A stretch of DNA of 62,663 nt, filler included. It is 9 parts of 9 records of this genome, joined end to end, with 100 filler letters (N's around TTAATTAATTAA, not from the genome) between each part and the next. Parts side by side here need not be neighbours in the genome. Positions count along the whole stretch, not along the records: positions 21,094 to 32,263 come from SRR20825010_6378; positions 32,364 to 37,917 come from SRR20825010_6384; positions 38,018 to 46,773 come from SRR20825010_6385; 6 more parts are not named here. One strand, given 5' to 3'. The position numbers and the translations under genes were made by a program. Below the pieces are notes generated by a model. That model was not told the DNA's origin, did no database searches, and saw only the letters and a program-made list of their open reading frames with translations. Positions 31,357 through 42,240 of this stretch are shown here, piece after piece. Position 1 is the stretch's first letter, and each line of letters starts with the position of its first letter.

Positions 31357-32263
31357 TCAAGGATCGTCCGGCCGCCAATAGCCGATCAGAATTCCCTGCC
31401 GGTCCGCACCGCCCGTTCTGGCGATGATCTCATCGTCGGAAATGGTGACGCGAAGCCTGCGGTTGCGGAACCAGGTAAAAAGTTTCTCATGCAGCTCGGC
31501 ACGGATCGCAGCGTGATTCGGGTCGGCGCCGAGGTCTGTGAATTCGTCTGGGTCTGCTTTTAGATCAAAGAGCTGCGGGCGAAACTTCTCATGAAGAACA
31601 TACTTCCAGCGCTCGGTCCGCAGCATGAAACAGCGGGCATCCATCGGGTCGAGCCCGAGATCAGCACGGGCATCCCGGCCTGAATAGTCGCTCTCGGAAA
31701 CCGCAAAGGATCGCCAGTCGACCTTTTGGCCCTCAAGCAGCGGCATCAGGGAACGGCCTTCCAGCCGATGATAGGGAACCTCTCCCCCGACAGCCTTGAT
31801 GAAGGTCGGCACCAGATCGATGGCCTCGACCAACTCATGCGAGACCGTGCCCCGGGTTGCGTCCGCCGCCGCACGCGGATCGCAGACGATCATCGGGATA
31901 CGCACGGACGCCTCGTGAAAAAGATCCTTCTCGCCAAGCCAGTGATCACCGAGATAGTCGCCGTGGTCGGAGGTGAAAACGATCATCGTATCGTCGAGCC
32001 GGCCGAGGCGCTCCAGCTCCCCCATCAAGCGGCCGAAATGATCATCGATCTGCTTGATCAATCCCATATAGGCGGGAACGATGATCTCCCGCGCCTCCGG
32101 GCGCCGGAACAGCAGGCTGTCCTTGTGCCGCATGAATGCCGCATAGACCGGATGCGGATCCACCTCCTCGCCAGCGTCCCGGTGCACATCCAGCATCTGC
32201 TCAGGCCCATAGAGCGAGGCATAAGGCTCGGGAACGATATAGGGCCAGTGCGGCTTGATGTAG
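31357..32263 (-). CDS. Sulfatase/phosphonate monoester hydrolase family, 5'-truncated
   Basis: YIKPHWPY, FTSDHGDYLGDHWLGEK, LFDLKADPDE. Confidence 0.88.
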
Positions 32264-32363
32264 NNNNNNNNNNNNNNNNNNNNNNNNNNNNNNNNNNNNN
32301 NNNNNNNTTAATTAATTAANNNNNNNNNNNNNNNNNNNNNNNNNNNNNNNNNNNNNNNNNNNN

Positions 32364-33026
32364 CCAGTCGCCCTTGATCATGTTCGGGCGGCCAACGGCG
32401 GCAATCACGATATCGGCACGGCGGACTTCTTCCGGAAGATCGCGGGTGCGCGAATGGGCGATGGTAACGGTGCAGCTTTCTTTCAGCAAAAGCTGCGCCA
32501 TTGGTTTACCAACGATGTTTGACCGGCCAACAACCACCGCACGTTTGCCCGACAGATCGCCAAGGGTGTCTTTAAGCAACATCAGGCAGCCATAAGGCGT
32601 GCAGGGTGCGAACCCTTCGCCACCGGTTGCCAGGGCACCGGCATTGACCACGTGGAAACCATCAACATCCTTGGCCGGATCGATTGCGCCCAAAATCGCC
32701 TGATCATCAATATGATCGGGGACCGGCAACTGGCACAGGATGCCATGAACGTTCGGATCGGCATTCAGTTTGGCGATCAGTGCCAGAAGTTCATCCTGCG
32801 GGGTATCCGGGGAGAGTTTATGTTCATAGGAATTCATACCGCATTCAAGGGTCTGCTTGCCCTTGTTGCGGACGTAAACCTGACTGGCGGGGTCTTCACC
32901 CACCAGAATCACGGCCAGACCGGGGGTAACGCCGTGATCGGCTTTCAGCTTGGTTACTTCGGCTGTAATGTCTTCGCGCAGTTTGGCTGCGAATGCCTTG
33001 CCGTCGATGATTTTTGCGTCACTCAT
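32364..33026 (-). CDS. folD: Methylene-THF dehydrogenase/cyclohydrolase, 3'-truncated
   Basis: [30 protein letters not shown]. Confidence 0.98.
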
Positions 33027-33353
33027 GTGTCTGTCCGCCTGTCAGTTCGGTGATTTTCGACATCAACTCTGTGGGGCTGCCGGTAATAACCAGCGAATTG
33101 TTGCAGTCTGTCTTCCCGGCAACGATCTTGAGCGAGGATTTAGGCCATTTGATCGCTTTTGCCAAAAGTTTTATCAAGGCCTGATTGGCTTTGCCGTTTT
33201 CCGGCACCGCAGCAACCGACACCTAAAGGCGCAAACGCCCGCTGGCATCTTTCATCAGACTATTGATCGCATCACGCGACACCTTTGGCGTTAAACGCAC
33301 AAACAGACAATCCCGGTTTGGTCAGAGAGTATCTCGCAAACAGGATCAGACAT
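33019..33353 (-). pseudogene. yggU: Disrupted DUF167/YggU-family gene
   Basis: The ATG 33353 frame stops after 20 codons. The shifted frame reads FVRLTPKVSRDAI...RL*VSVAAVPENGKAN with TAG at 33223-33225. Order is yggT-yggU-folD. Confidence 0.8.
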
Positions 33354-33369
33354 TGTCTGAATGAGACAT

Positions 33370-33666
33370 TTAATACCCTAAAAGAGCCATCCGGACATCG
33401 GTCTGAATCAGCATATTGCCAAATTGCAGAACCAGAATCAGAATGATCGGCGAGATATCAATACCGCCAAGGTCCGGCATGATCCGTCGGATCGGGCGCA
33501 AAGCCGGCTCAGTCAGGCGGTATAAGGTATCCCCCAGCATATAAACGAACCGGTTGCTGGTATTGATCACGTTGAACGCCACAAGCCATGACAGGATTGC
33601 AGATGCAATCAGCATGAAAATGTAGATACCAACCACTGTGTCAATAAGCCAAAAAATCGCCAGCAT
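33370..33666 (-). CDS. yggT: YggT-family membrane protein
   Basis: [24 protein letters not shown]. Confidence 0.93.
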   Translation of the reverse strand: MLAIFWLIDTVVGIYIFMLIASAILSWLVAFNVINTSNRFVYMLGDTLYRLTEPALRPIRRIMPDLGGIDISPIILILVLQFGNMLIQTDVRMALLGY

Positions 33667-33956
33667 TGCCGCTCCTTACGATCGCCGGGTCGAAAACCGA
33701 TATGCGCCCGGTAAGATGTTTACACGCTGCAAAACCTAGTGGGCAATGACCGGTAACGCAAGCGCAGAGCGTTGTTTTTCCCACTTTCCGGGTCAAGTTT
33801 TCATCGCTTTGTGATCCCTGTCACCCGGACGACGAACAATATGGCCCCCTCCCCAACCCAAAACTGTCAGGAGATGTCAGGCAATCGCCGATAACAGCTT
33901 GCAGCCGATCAGGCTTCGCGCCAGAAATACGGGATTGTAATCAGGGAGCATTCAGC

Positions 33957-34544
33957 ATGAACATTTCGGATCACCCACGGTGCAAATGGGCCATGACCCA
34001 CGCCGATAAACCGTTTTATATCGATTATCACGACACGGAATGGGGTGTTCCGGTGCATGATGACCGGCTTTTCTTTGAAATGCTGATCCTTGAAGGCGCA
34101 CAGGCCGGGTTAAGCTGGCTGACCATTCTGGCCCGGCGGGACACATACCGTGCAGCGTTCGATAATTTTGATGTGCATAAAGTTGCGGCCTATGACGATG
34201 CCAAACAACAGACGCTTTTGGCTGATCCCGGGATTATTCGAAATAAGTTAAAAATCGCCGCGACTATTCAAAATGCCAAAACATTCATCGCCATCCAAAA
34301 AGAGTTCGGAAGCTTTGATGCCTATATCTGGCAGTTCGTCGAAAACAAGCCGGTTATCAATCACTGGAAAGCCATGGGCGATGTCCCGGTTTCAACCGAG
34401 CTTAGCGACCGCATTTCCAAGGATCTTAAAAAGCGCGGCATGAAGTTCGTCGGCACCACCATCATCTATTCATTCTTACAAGCCACCGGCCTTGTGATGG
34501 ACCATACAGTTGAATGTTACCGCTACCATGATCTGGTGAAATAG
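33957..34544 (+). CDS. tag: DNA-3-methyladenine glycosylase I
   Basis: RC.W, YHDTEWG, LEGAQAGLSW, IIRNKLKI, DH...C. Confidence 0.96.
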   Translation: MNISDHPRCKWAMTHADKPFYIDYHDTEWGVPVHDDRLFFEMLILEGAQAGLSWLTILARRDTYRAAFDNFDVHKVAAYDDAKQQTLLADPGIIRNKLKIAATIQNAKTFIAIQKEFGSFDAYIWQFVENKPVINHWKAMGDVPVSTELSDRISKDLKKRGMKFVGTTIIYSFLQATGLVMDHTVECYRYHDLVK

Positions 34545-34584
34545 CCATCTGTTCGGATCGACCAAGGCCTGCTATAGGCTTGGT

Positions 34585-35748
34585 ATGACTTTGGTAATGC
34601 ACATCATCAATGAACTTGATGCCGGGGGTGCGGAACGCGTCCTGACCCGGATTGCGTGCCATAATGCCCAAAGCACAGATCCCGATGCACCGCGTCAGAT
34701 CGTTGTTTCTTTGATGGGTGAAGGCGTCTTTGGCGCTGACCTTCGTAAAGCAGGGGTTGAACTTTTTTGTCTTGGCATGTCATCGGGCATCCGTGACCTG
34801 CCCGGTGCAATTTTCAAGCTTGCCGGTTTTATGCGCCGTCACAAACCTGATGCCATCATGTCATGGCTGTATCATTCCGATTTTATCGCCACCTTGGCCA
34901 CAACCCTTTCGGGACGTGGGACCAAGCGTTTGGCATGGAACATTCGCTGTGCGGAAATGGACCTGTCGCTTTATGGCCGATCGACACGAATTGTCTTAAA
35001 CCTTCTGGCAAAACTTTCGTTTCGCCCCGCGGTTATTGCCGCGAATTCCCATGCGGGACAACGCCATCACATCACATGCGGGTATCATCCGAAAAAATGG
35101 GCTTATTTGCCCAACGGGTTTGATACCGATGAATGGCGCCCTGATCCGGCCGCAAAAAAGCGCCTTTGCAAGGAAATTGGCCTTGCCCCGACCACATCGC
35201 TGATCGGTATGGTCGCACGCAAGGACCCGGCAAAGGATCATGCGACCTTGTTTAAGGCCGTCGAACTGCTACGTGCCAACGGCCATGATGTGCATCTGGT
35301 TTTGATCGGACAGGATACAGAAAAACTGACATTCCCCGACGCGCTTAAGGGCCATATTTCTGCCCTTGGCCTCCGCCGTGATGTTGCCCAACTTGTCCCG
35401 GCCCTTGATGTTGCGGTTTTGTCATCAAGCTTTGGCGAAGGCTTTCCCAATGTCATTGGGGAGGCCATGGCATGTGGGGTGCCGGCAGTTGGCAATGATG
35501 TTGGTGATGTGGTCGAAATTCTGGGTGGAACCGGCAAGACCGTCCCGCTTCATGCGCCAAATGAAATGGCAAGCGCGATTGAAGAACTTCTTGGCGAAGA
35601 CCCCGGCAGCAAAACGTTCCGTAAGGCCGCATCACGCAAACGGATCATTGATCATTATAGCCTTACAGCCATGAATGACCGATATCTTGCCCTGTGGGAT
35701 GGACTGGCTGGCAAGCGTGATTTGCCGGAATTTGATTTCGCGGATTAA
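34585..35748 (+). CDS. GT4-family glycosyltransferase
   Basis: GGAERVL, PNGFD, EGFPNVIGEAMACG. Confidence 0.9.
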   Translation: MTLVMHIINELDAGGAERVLTRIACHNAQSTDPDAPRQIVVSLMGEGVFGADLRKAGVELFCLGMSSGIRDLPGAIFKLAGFMRRHKPDAIMSWLYHSDFIATLATTLSGRGTKRLAWNIRCAEMDLSLYGRSTRIVLNLLAKLSFRPAVIAANSHAGQRHHITCGYHPKKWAYLPNGFDTDEWRPDPAAKKRLCKEIGLAPTTSLIGMVARKDPAKDHATLFKAVELLRANGHDVHLVLIGQDTEKLTFPDALKGHISALGLRRDVAQLVPALDVAVLSSSFGEGFPNVIGEAMACGVPAVGNDVGDVVEILGGTGKTVPLHAPNEMASAIEELLGEDPGSKTFRKAASRKRIIDHYSLTAMNDRYLALWDGLAGKRDLPEFDFAD

Positions 35749-36791
35749 CCGGACTTGCTGGAACCGCGGAGCAGTAGCTTGGTTGTCAGAGTGATGGTTT
35801 TCCCACCGTCATCCGATAGCGCCATTTCAGCGGCCAGCCGGCCTTTTTCAACGGAATCCTGATACATCGTTGTCAAAGGTGGATCGGTGCGTTCGCCTGC
35901 GACAATGCCATCAATGCCGATGACCTTAAGGTCATCAGGCACCTTGCGCCCGACGCTCCGCGCGGCATCAATTGCGCCAATCGCAATCACATCGGACATG
36001 GCAAGAATGCCGTCAATTTCAGGATGGCTTGCCAGCATTTCGGCCGTCATTTTGGCACTATGTTCAGACTGGTTATCGCATTCGATATGGATCACATCAT
36101 CGGCGGTGATCCCGGCCTTACCCAATGCGTCGTGATAACCTGCCAATCGTTCGCGCACGACACGGTGGCTGGCAGCACCAACGCGGTTGGCATTCATCGG
36201 GCCGAAGTGATCATGCTCGGTTGCCTGCAATAACAGGATGGCAAACCGTTTCGCCCCACAATCAAGCAGATGCTGTGCCGCGCCCTTTGCCGCAGCATGA
36301 TCATCTAGAACCACGGTTCCGGCTGCACCGGCAATATCGGTATCAATGCTGATCAAGGGCTGATTGCGGCGCTGAATGGCGGCAATGATGTCATTATTAT
36401 CCGAATAGCAATGAACCAGAAACGCATCGACCGCGGCATTATTGACCGCGGCAATCGCCTGTTGCTGATTTTCAGCCGATATGATCATGACATTAACCCC
36501 GCGATGGGCACATTCCCGCCCGATCCCGCGCAGCAATTCAATCGCTACCGGATCACTAAAGGCATATTCAAGATTATCGGGGAAAACCACGCCAAGTGCC
36601 CCGGCCTTGCCGGTACGCAACATGCGGGCCATGACATGCGGGCCGCGATAGCCAAGGTCCTTGGCGGCGGCAAAAATGCGTTCACGGACTTCCGGGCGCA
36701 CCAGATCCGGTTTGCCAAAGGCATTCGACGCTGTTCCTTGCGAAACCCCGGCGGCCTTGGCGACATCCAGAAGTTTTACGCGTTTTGCCAT
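35745..36791 (-). CDS. LacI-family transcriptional regulator
   Basis: LLDVAKAAGVSQGTAS HTH, VPDDLKVIGID, PPLTT. Confidence 0.93.
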   Translation of the reverse strand: MAKRVKLLDVAKAAGVSQGTASNAFGKPDLVRPEVRERIFAAAKDLGYRGPHVMARMLRTGKAGALGVVFPDNLEYAFSDPVAIELLRGIGRECAHRGVNVMIISAENQQQAIAAVNNAAVDAFLVHCYSDNNDIIAAIQRRNQPLISIDTDIAGAAGTVVLDDHAAAKGAAQHLLDCGAKRFAILLLQATEHDHFGPMNANRVGAASHRVVRERLAGYHDALGKAGITADDVIHIECDNQSEHSAKMTAEMLASHPEIDGILAMSDVIAIGAIDAARSVGRKVPDDLKVIGIDGIVAGERTDPPLTTMYQDSVEKGRLAAEMALSDDGGKTITLTTKLLLRGSSKSG

Positions 36792-36887
36792 GCGTCCCGT
36801 TCTCCGATCCCGTGTCTTCACGATGCTATTGGTTTGAATTAGCTACACTATAGCCAGAAGCCCGCCGTCTCTACCAGAAGCTAATCC

Positions 36888-37505
36888 CTATCGGGATTCC
36901 GATTGCGTTTTGCGGAATGTCAGATTGATGCGGGGGGCGACCTGCCGTGCGGTTTTGGGCAATTGATGAAGCCAGAAATGCTGTGTTGCGCCCGACATGA
37001 TCAGGGCCGAATTATGCGGCAAATCAATGCTGATGCGATCACCGGTTTTCTTATGACGTAAATGAAACCGGCGTTCTTCGCCAAAAGACAAACTGGCAAT
37101 GATCGGATTTTCACCCAGCACATCTTCGTCATCGGCATGCCAGGAAACGCTGTCGCGACCATCGCGATACTGATTCAACAAAACCGTATTAAACGATACC
37201 CCTGCCCCGGAAAGTTTTTCGGCCAAACTGCGCAAAGGCGCGATAATTGATGGAAAGGGGGCTGCGGGGTGATACACACCGCTATAGCGATAGGCGACTT
37301 CGCCATACCATGCGGTCAGGCGCGGAACGGCAATTTCTTTGCCATGAATTCTGGCAAGTTCCTGCTGCCAGACAATACCGCTTTTAAGGCGGGCAAAGGT
37401 CCGGTCCGCATCGTCAGGTGCCATGATGTCACGCAACAACAAGACGTCGCCGTCAAATGGCAAAAGATTGCGTGGTGGTTCATTGGCAAACAGATCGCCG
37501 GTCAT
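36888..37505 (-). CDS. AlkB-like 2OG-Fe(II) dioxygenase (ALKBH2/3 type)
   Basis: PRLTAWYG, N.YRDGRDSVSWHADDE, H.LPK, RINLTFR. Confidence 0.9.
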   Translation of the reverse strand: MTGDLFANEPPRNLLPFDGDVLLLRDIMAPDDADRTFARLKSGIVWQQELARIHGKEIAVPRLTAWYGEVAYRYSGVYHPAAPFPSIIAPLRSLAEKLSGAGVSFNTVLLNQYRDGRDSVSWHADDEDVLGENPIIASLSFGEERRFHLRHKKTGDRISIDLPHNSALIMSGATQHFWLHQLPKTARQVAPRINLTFRKTQSESR

Positions 37506-37622
37506 GATTTTCCCCGGAAGTCATTCTGCCAAAGACCTAGGCCGAACGAAGGCGAAACTCAAGCCACAGTTCGCTGATATATTTGTTTTTGCAAGTTGTT
37601 GGGATGTTACGTCGCCAAGAAG

Positions 37623-37917
37623 CTAGCCGTTGATCAGTGTCACACCTTCTTGCGCGGCGTAGCGTTCAACGTCTTCAACGCTTAATCCCGCAGCACTGTA
37701 TAGATTGATGGTTTCAAGTTCCAGATCGGTCTCGGCATCGGCAAGTGCCTGTAACGATCCAGTCAGGCTGCGCTGAGAATCCAAAACGTCGAGAAAATCC
37801 GACAGACCTTGCACAAACCGTACCCGCGATTGATCAAACGCGTCACGGTGATATTGCACCGATGCAATCAAAGAATCGCGTTGCTGTACCGCCCCGACAT
37901 AGCCGTAAATCGCACTT
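37623..37917 (-). CDS. Outer-membrane efflux protein (NodT/TolC family), C-terminal fragment
   Basis: RF.QGLSDFLDVLDSQRSL...LY.A.G motif. Confidence 0.75.
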
Positions 37918-38017
37918 NNNNNNNNNNNNNNNNNNNNNNNNNNNNNNNNNNNNNNNNNNNNTTAATTAATTAANNNNNNNNNNNNNNNNNNNNNNNNNNN
38001 NNNNNNNNNNNNNNNNN

Positions 38018-38402
38018 GAATGAAATACTCAAGGGCATCCTCGTAGTTGCCAAGGTCTTTATTGATCACTCCCAGGTGCTGATAAGCCACCGAAATAAGA
38101 TCCAAATCATTCTCCTGCTTCCCAATTTGAAGGGCTTCATTCTGATGGTAAATGGCACTATCGTACTTGCCCATTTCCTCCAGTGCTACACCTACTATAG
38201 CATGATACTTTCCTGTGGCCAGCGCATCGTCCGTACGCTCTCCGAGATTCAATATCCTGTTGGCATAATAGAACATGGAGTCGAATGACCGGTATTGGTT
38301 TCCATTGGCCTTTTCAACAAAATAAGCCACACTATCGAAGGTTGACTGTGCATTTGTTTGAAAAGCCAGAGGCAATAGAATGAGGGTTAATAATCTTTTC
38401 AT
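38018..38402 (-). CDS. TPR-containing exported or sensor protein, N-terminus (truncated)
   Basis: Signal peptide and TPR-like repeats (GKYDSAIYH, LGNYEDALEY). Confidence 0.7.
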
Positions 38403-38519
38403 AAAAGCAGTGTGATTTGGAAGCTGGAAAAGAAGGTCTGTTTCGTAATGATTAGAATTTATAAAGAATGGCCTGATTTACAATAAAATTATAAGGTGCT
38501 GTTTTAAACCGATGACAAG

Positions 38520-40454
38520 TCAGACAGCCGTAGCATGTTTTGCCGGCATATCCTGTGGGATAGACACTTTTACCGTAGTTCCTTGATTCGGCATAGAGAA
38601 TACATCTATCCGGCCACCCATCAGATCAACACGGGAGAATATGCTACTCCATCCAATCCCTTTGGAATGGTGAATCAAATCAGTATCGAAACCGGCACCA
38701 TGATCTCTGACAACAAATTCGGTAACCAAATTTGTTGTAGTCGCCGTGAAATCAATCCGAGGAGAGTCTGCATATTTCAACGCATTGTTTATCACTTCCT
38801 GTATCACGCGGTAAATACCAATGGATTTAGCCTCACCAAAAAGAAGCTCACCATCAATTTTTACATTTATTTTTACCTGATCACTTGCGTTTATATTTCC
38901 AACCAAACCATCCAATGCCGATTTCAGTCCAACTGCGATCAAGGCATTCGGCATCAGGTTGTGAGAGATGCTTCTCACCTCATCGATGGACTGATCAATG
39001 AGTGCCAGCGAATTTCTGACTTTCCTGTCGTCAGCATCACCCACACCAGAGACGTTGATGCGAGCAGTAGATAATAGCTGCCCCAGACCATCGTGTAACT
39101 CTTGAGCTATTCGTTTTCGTTCCTTTTCCTCCGCCTCGATCACCGTCTTGAACCTATTTCTTTGAAGCTGCTCCCTCTCTACAGCAAGGCTTTCCTTTAG
39201 TTTGTAGCGTTTCCGACTGCTGTGGAGAATAATGGCGATAAAAATGACTATAGATAAAACCGTAATAAGGAGGATGACAATTCTGGATTCTTCTAGTTCT
39301 GCTTCTTGCAGTTGCCTTTCGGTTTCCAACAAGGCGAGTTGCTGTTCCTTTTTCTCCGTTTCATATTTAGTCTGCATTTCGGCTACAGCCTTGGAACTCG
39401 TTTCACCAAAAACCTCTTCACTTATCTTTCTCCACTTCTCAAAATACCTGAGCGCTGAGTCTTTCTGGTTAAAGTGCAAATAAGCATTTGCCAAATTGAA
39501 ATAATTCTCCACCGAAAGGTTTGGGCTGTTGTTACTGCGCATGATAGAATCTGCCGTGAGCGCATTTTCCAGTGCCAATGCATAATCACCAATTTCGAAA
39601 TAGAGCGAACTCAGGTTGGCATGATTGGCTATCCTAGCCTGAGAACCAGGCTGACGCATGGTTAGGGATAACAGGTGGTACTCTATGGCCCTTTGGTGAT
39701 CATTCTGATCGTTATACACATTTGCTAAATTGTCATAAATGGATCCTTCCACCTCTTTACTTTCATCTAAAGCGGCGTACTCCAGGCCCAGTTTAAAATA
39801 GTGTATGGCCGAATCGGATTGCTGCAAATTGCGAAAACAGATTCCGATGTTGTTATACGATCTGGCAATGTGGTCCTTATTATCCGATTGCAGCCGCAAT
39901 TTCAACGAGCGAAAATTAAAGCCGAGCGCCTTATCGTACTGATTCAGTTCCTGATAAATCAAGCCGATGTTGCTAATGGCCTTTGAAATCCCTTTTTCAT
40001 TTTCATCAAGTTCGTATACACGAAGCGCCTCCAAAAAATACTCCAGTGCTTTGTTGTACTTTGAGAGGTTCCAATTCATCATCCCCAGGTTATTAAGACC
40101 ACTTCCCTCAAGATAAGTCAGCTGATGTTTCTTGCTGATTTTATAGCCTTTTGTAAAAAAATACTCAGAGGAATCCCTGTTACCCGCTATATCGTGGATA
40201 ATCCCCCGAATGTATAAACCGGAAGCCATACCGCTGGGATAATCCAGCACCTCGGCTTCAGCCATCGCAACACGTGCATAGTGGTCAGCCTTCACAGGGT
40301 CTTTGTAGAATAGCTTATAACCAAGCTGGGTAAGCACATCATTTCTGTTCGTGCCACTCGAAGTACTTAGTAAATTTTCCAGACTATCAATTTGAGATTG
40401 GGCGAATCCCAAAACAGACATAAAGAGGAATCCGACAGCTAAATATATCTTCAT
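38520..40454 (-). CDS. TPR-repeat sensor histidine kinase (HisKA_3)
   Basis: Periplasmic TPRs, TM, ERKRIAQELHDGLGQ, QEVINNALKY, DHGAGF, GIG. Confidence 0.92.
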   Translation of the reverse strand: MKIYLAVGFLFMSVLGFAQSQIDSLENLLSTSSGTNRNDVLTQLGYKLFYKDPVKADHYARVAMAEAEVLDYPSGMASGLYIRGIIHDIAGNRDSSEYFFTKGYKISKKHQLTYLEGSGLNNLGMMNWNLSKYNKALEYFLEALRVYELDENEKGISKAISNIGLIYQELNQYDKALGFNFRSLKLRLQSDNKDHIARSYNNIGICFRNLQQSDSAIHYFKLGLEYAALDESKEVEGSIYDNLANVYNDQNDHQRAIEYHLLSLTMRQPGSQARIANHANLSSLYFEIGDYALALENALTADSIMRSNNSPNLSVENYFNLANAYLHFNQKDSALRYFEKWRKISEEVFGETSSKAVAEMQTKYETEKKEQQLALLETERQLQEAELEESRIVILLITVLSIVIFIAIILHSSRKRYKLKESLAVEREQLQRNRFKTVIEAEEKERKRIAQELHDGLGQLLSTARINVSGVGDADDRKVRNSLALIDQSIDEVRSISHNLMPNALIAVGLKSALDGLVGNINASDQVKINVKIDGELLFGEAKSIGIYRVIQEVINNALKYADSPRIDFTATTTNLVTEFVVRDHGAGFDTDLIHHSKGIGWSSIFSRVDLMGGRIDVFSMPNQGTTVKVSIPQDMPAKHATAV

Positions 40455-40499
40455 TTTGATCTAGGTTTGAGTATTGAAAATATCAAAAAAGAAGCAACA

Positions 40500-40880
40500 A
40501 TGCGAAAAAACATTTCATCGGGTTCTCCGTGGGAGGACGTAGTGGGCTACAGCCGGGCTGTAAAAATTGGAAACACCATAGAAGTATCAGGTACTGCTCC
40601 CGTCAAGGATGGAAAAACCCTGGAGGGAACCATCTATGAACAAACCAAGCTATGCATCGAAATTATCGAAGCTGCACTAAAGCAAGCAGGCGCAACGCTT
40701 GAAGATGTGGTGAGAACACGAATCTATGTAACAGACATTTCTCAATGGGAAGAAGTCGGCCGTGCACACGGAGAAGCATTCGGAAAAATCAAACCAGCCA
40801 CAGCCATGGTTCAGGTGGCCAAATTGATCGATGACATCATGATGGTGGAAATAGAAGCTACTGCGATAATCGGCAACTAA
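40500..40880 (+). CDS. RidA/YjgF-family protein
   Basis: WEDVVGYSRAV, DVVRTRIY, VEIEA. Confidence 0.9.
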   Translation: MRKNISSGSPWEDVVGYSRAVKIGNTIEVSGTAPVKDGKTLEGTIYEQTKLCIEIIEAALKQAGATLEDVVRTRIYVTDISQWEEVGRAHGEAFGKIKPATAMVQVAKLIDDIMMVEIEATAIIGN

Positions 40881-42145
40881 TACCCGTATTTCTCCTTCCA
40901 GCGATTTTTAAGGAATTTTCTCAATTCCTCTTCCCGTGGGTTTTTTCCCGGATCATAGAACTTCTTTTCCTTCAGTTCATCCGGGAGAAACTCCATCGCA
41001 ACAAAATTACCCTCATAGCCATGCGCGTACTGATAGCCACTGCCATATCCCTGCTCTTTCATCAGCTTTGTAGGGGCATTGCGAATGGCCATAGGTACTG
41101 GAAGGTCACCGGTTTTCATAATGGCCTGCTGCGCCTGATTAATGGCCTCATAGCTCGCATTGCTTTTTGGGGAGCATGCCAGGTAGGTCACACACTGAGA
41201 CAAAATAATTCTTGATTCCGGATAGCCGATCACATTCACTGACTGAAAAGTAGCATTTGCCAAAACCAAAGCCGTAGGATTTGCATTGCCAATATCTTCT
41301 GACGCAAGAATTAGTAAACGTCTGGCTATGAACTTAACGTCCTCCCCCCCTTCAATCATCCTAGCCAGATAATACACCGCTGCGTTCGGGTCGCTTCCGC
41401 GAATGGACTTGATGAAAGCGGAGATGATATCGTAATGCATCTCACCTTTCTTGTCGTACAGGACTGTCTTTCGCTGCGCAACAGCAATCACTTTTTCATC
41501 AGTAAGCTCAACTTTTTTACTGTTTTCTGACTTCACCACCAAATCAAACAGGTTGAGCAATTTCCTCGCATCACCACCGGAAAGGTTGAAAAGCGCTTCC
41601 GTTTCCTTGAGAGAAACCGTGTACCCTTTCATTTCAGAATCCTCCGCCATTGCCTTGGTGACAATGGTCAAAAGTTGCGCTTTGTCCAAATGATTCAGTG
41701 TATAGACCTGACATCTGGAGAGCAAAGCCGCATTTACTTCGAAACTAGGGTTTTCGGTAGTGGCACCTATTAAGGTGATTCGTCCCTTTTCCACGGCTCC
41801 CAGTAAGGCATCCTGCTGCGATTTATTAAACCGGTGAATTTCGTCAATAAACAGAATGGCTTTGCTACCAGATCGAATGCCGTTGATGACCTCACGCACA
41901 TCTTTTACGCCTGCACTTACTGCACTTAGGGAATGAAAGGGCATTTTCACCTGATTGGCGATAATGTTTGCAATGGTGGTTTTGCCCGTTCCCGGAGGTC
42001 CCCACAAGATCATGGAGGGGATTCTTCCGGCATTAATCGACTTTCTCAAAATGCCATTTTCACCAACCAAATGTTCCTGACCAATCAGGTCTTCGAGCGT
42101 GGATGGGCGCATGCGTTCGGCTAATGGAGAATTGTCTTGAAACAT
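40877..42145 (-). CDS. rarA: Replication-associated recombination protein A (MgsA)
   Basis: [39 protein letters not shown]. Confidence 0.97.
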   Translation of the reverse strand: MFQDNSPLAERMRPSTLEDLIGQEHLVGENGILRKSINAGRIPSMILWGPPGTGKTTIANIIANQVKMPFHSLSAVSAGVKDVREVINGIRSGSKAILFIDEIHRFNKSQQDALLGAVEKGRITLIGATTENPSFEVNAALLSRCQVYTLNHLDKAQLLTIVTKAMAEDSEMKGYTVSLKETEALFNLSGGDARKLLNLFDLVVKSENSKKVELTDEKVIAVAQRKTVLYDKKGEMHYDIISAFIKSIRGSDPNAAVYYLARMIEGGEDVKFIARRLLILASEDIGNANPTALVLANATFQSVNVIGYPESRIILSQCVTYLACSPKSNASYEAINQAQQAIMKTGDLPVPMAIRNAPTKLMKEQGYGSGYQYAHGYEGNFVAMEFLPDELKEKKFYDPGKNPREEELRKFLKNRWKEKYGY

Positions 42146-42240
42146 ATAGGCTATACTTTCAATTTAAAGAATTGCACTCCACAAAGCAACGAGGATTTAC
42201 CTTATACTGATTTATATGGGTAAAACTCCCTCATGGGAAA

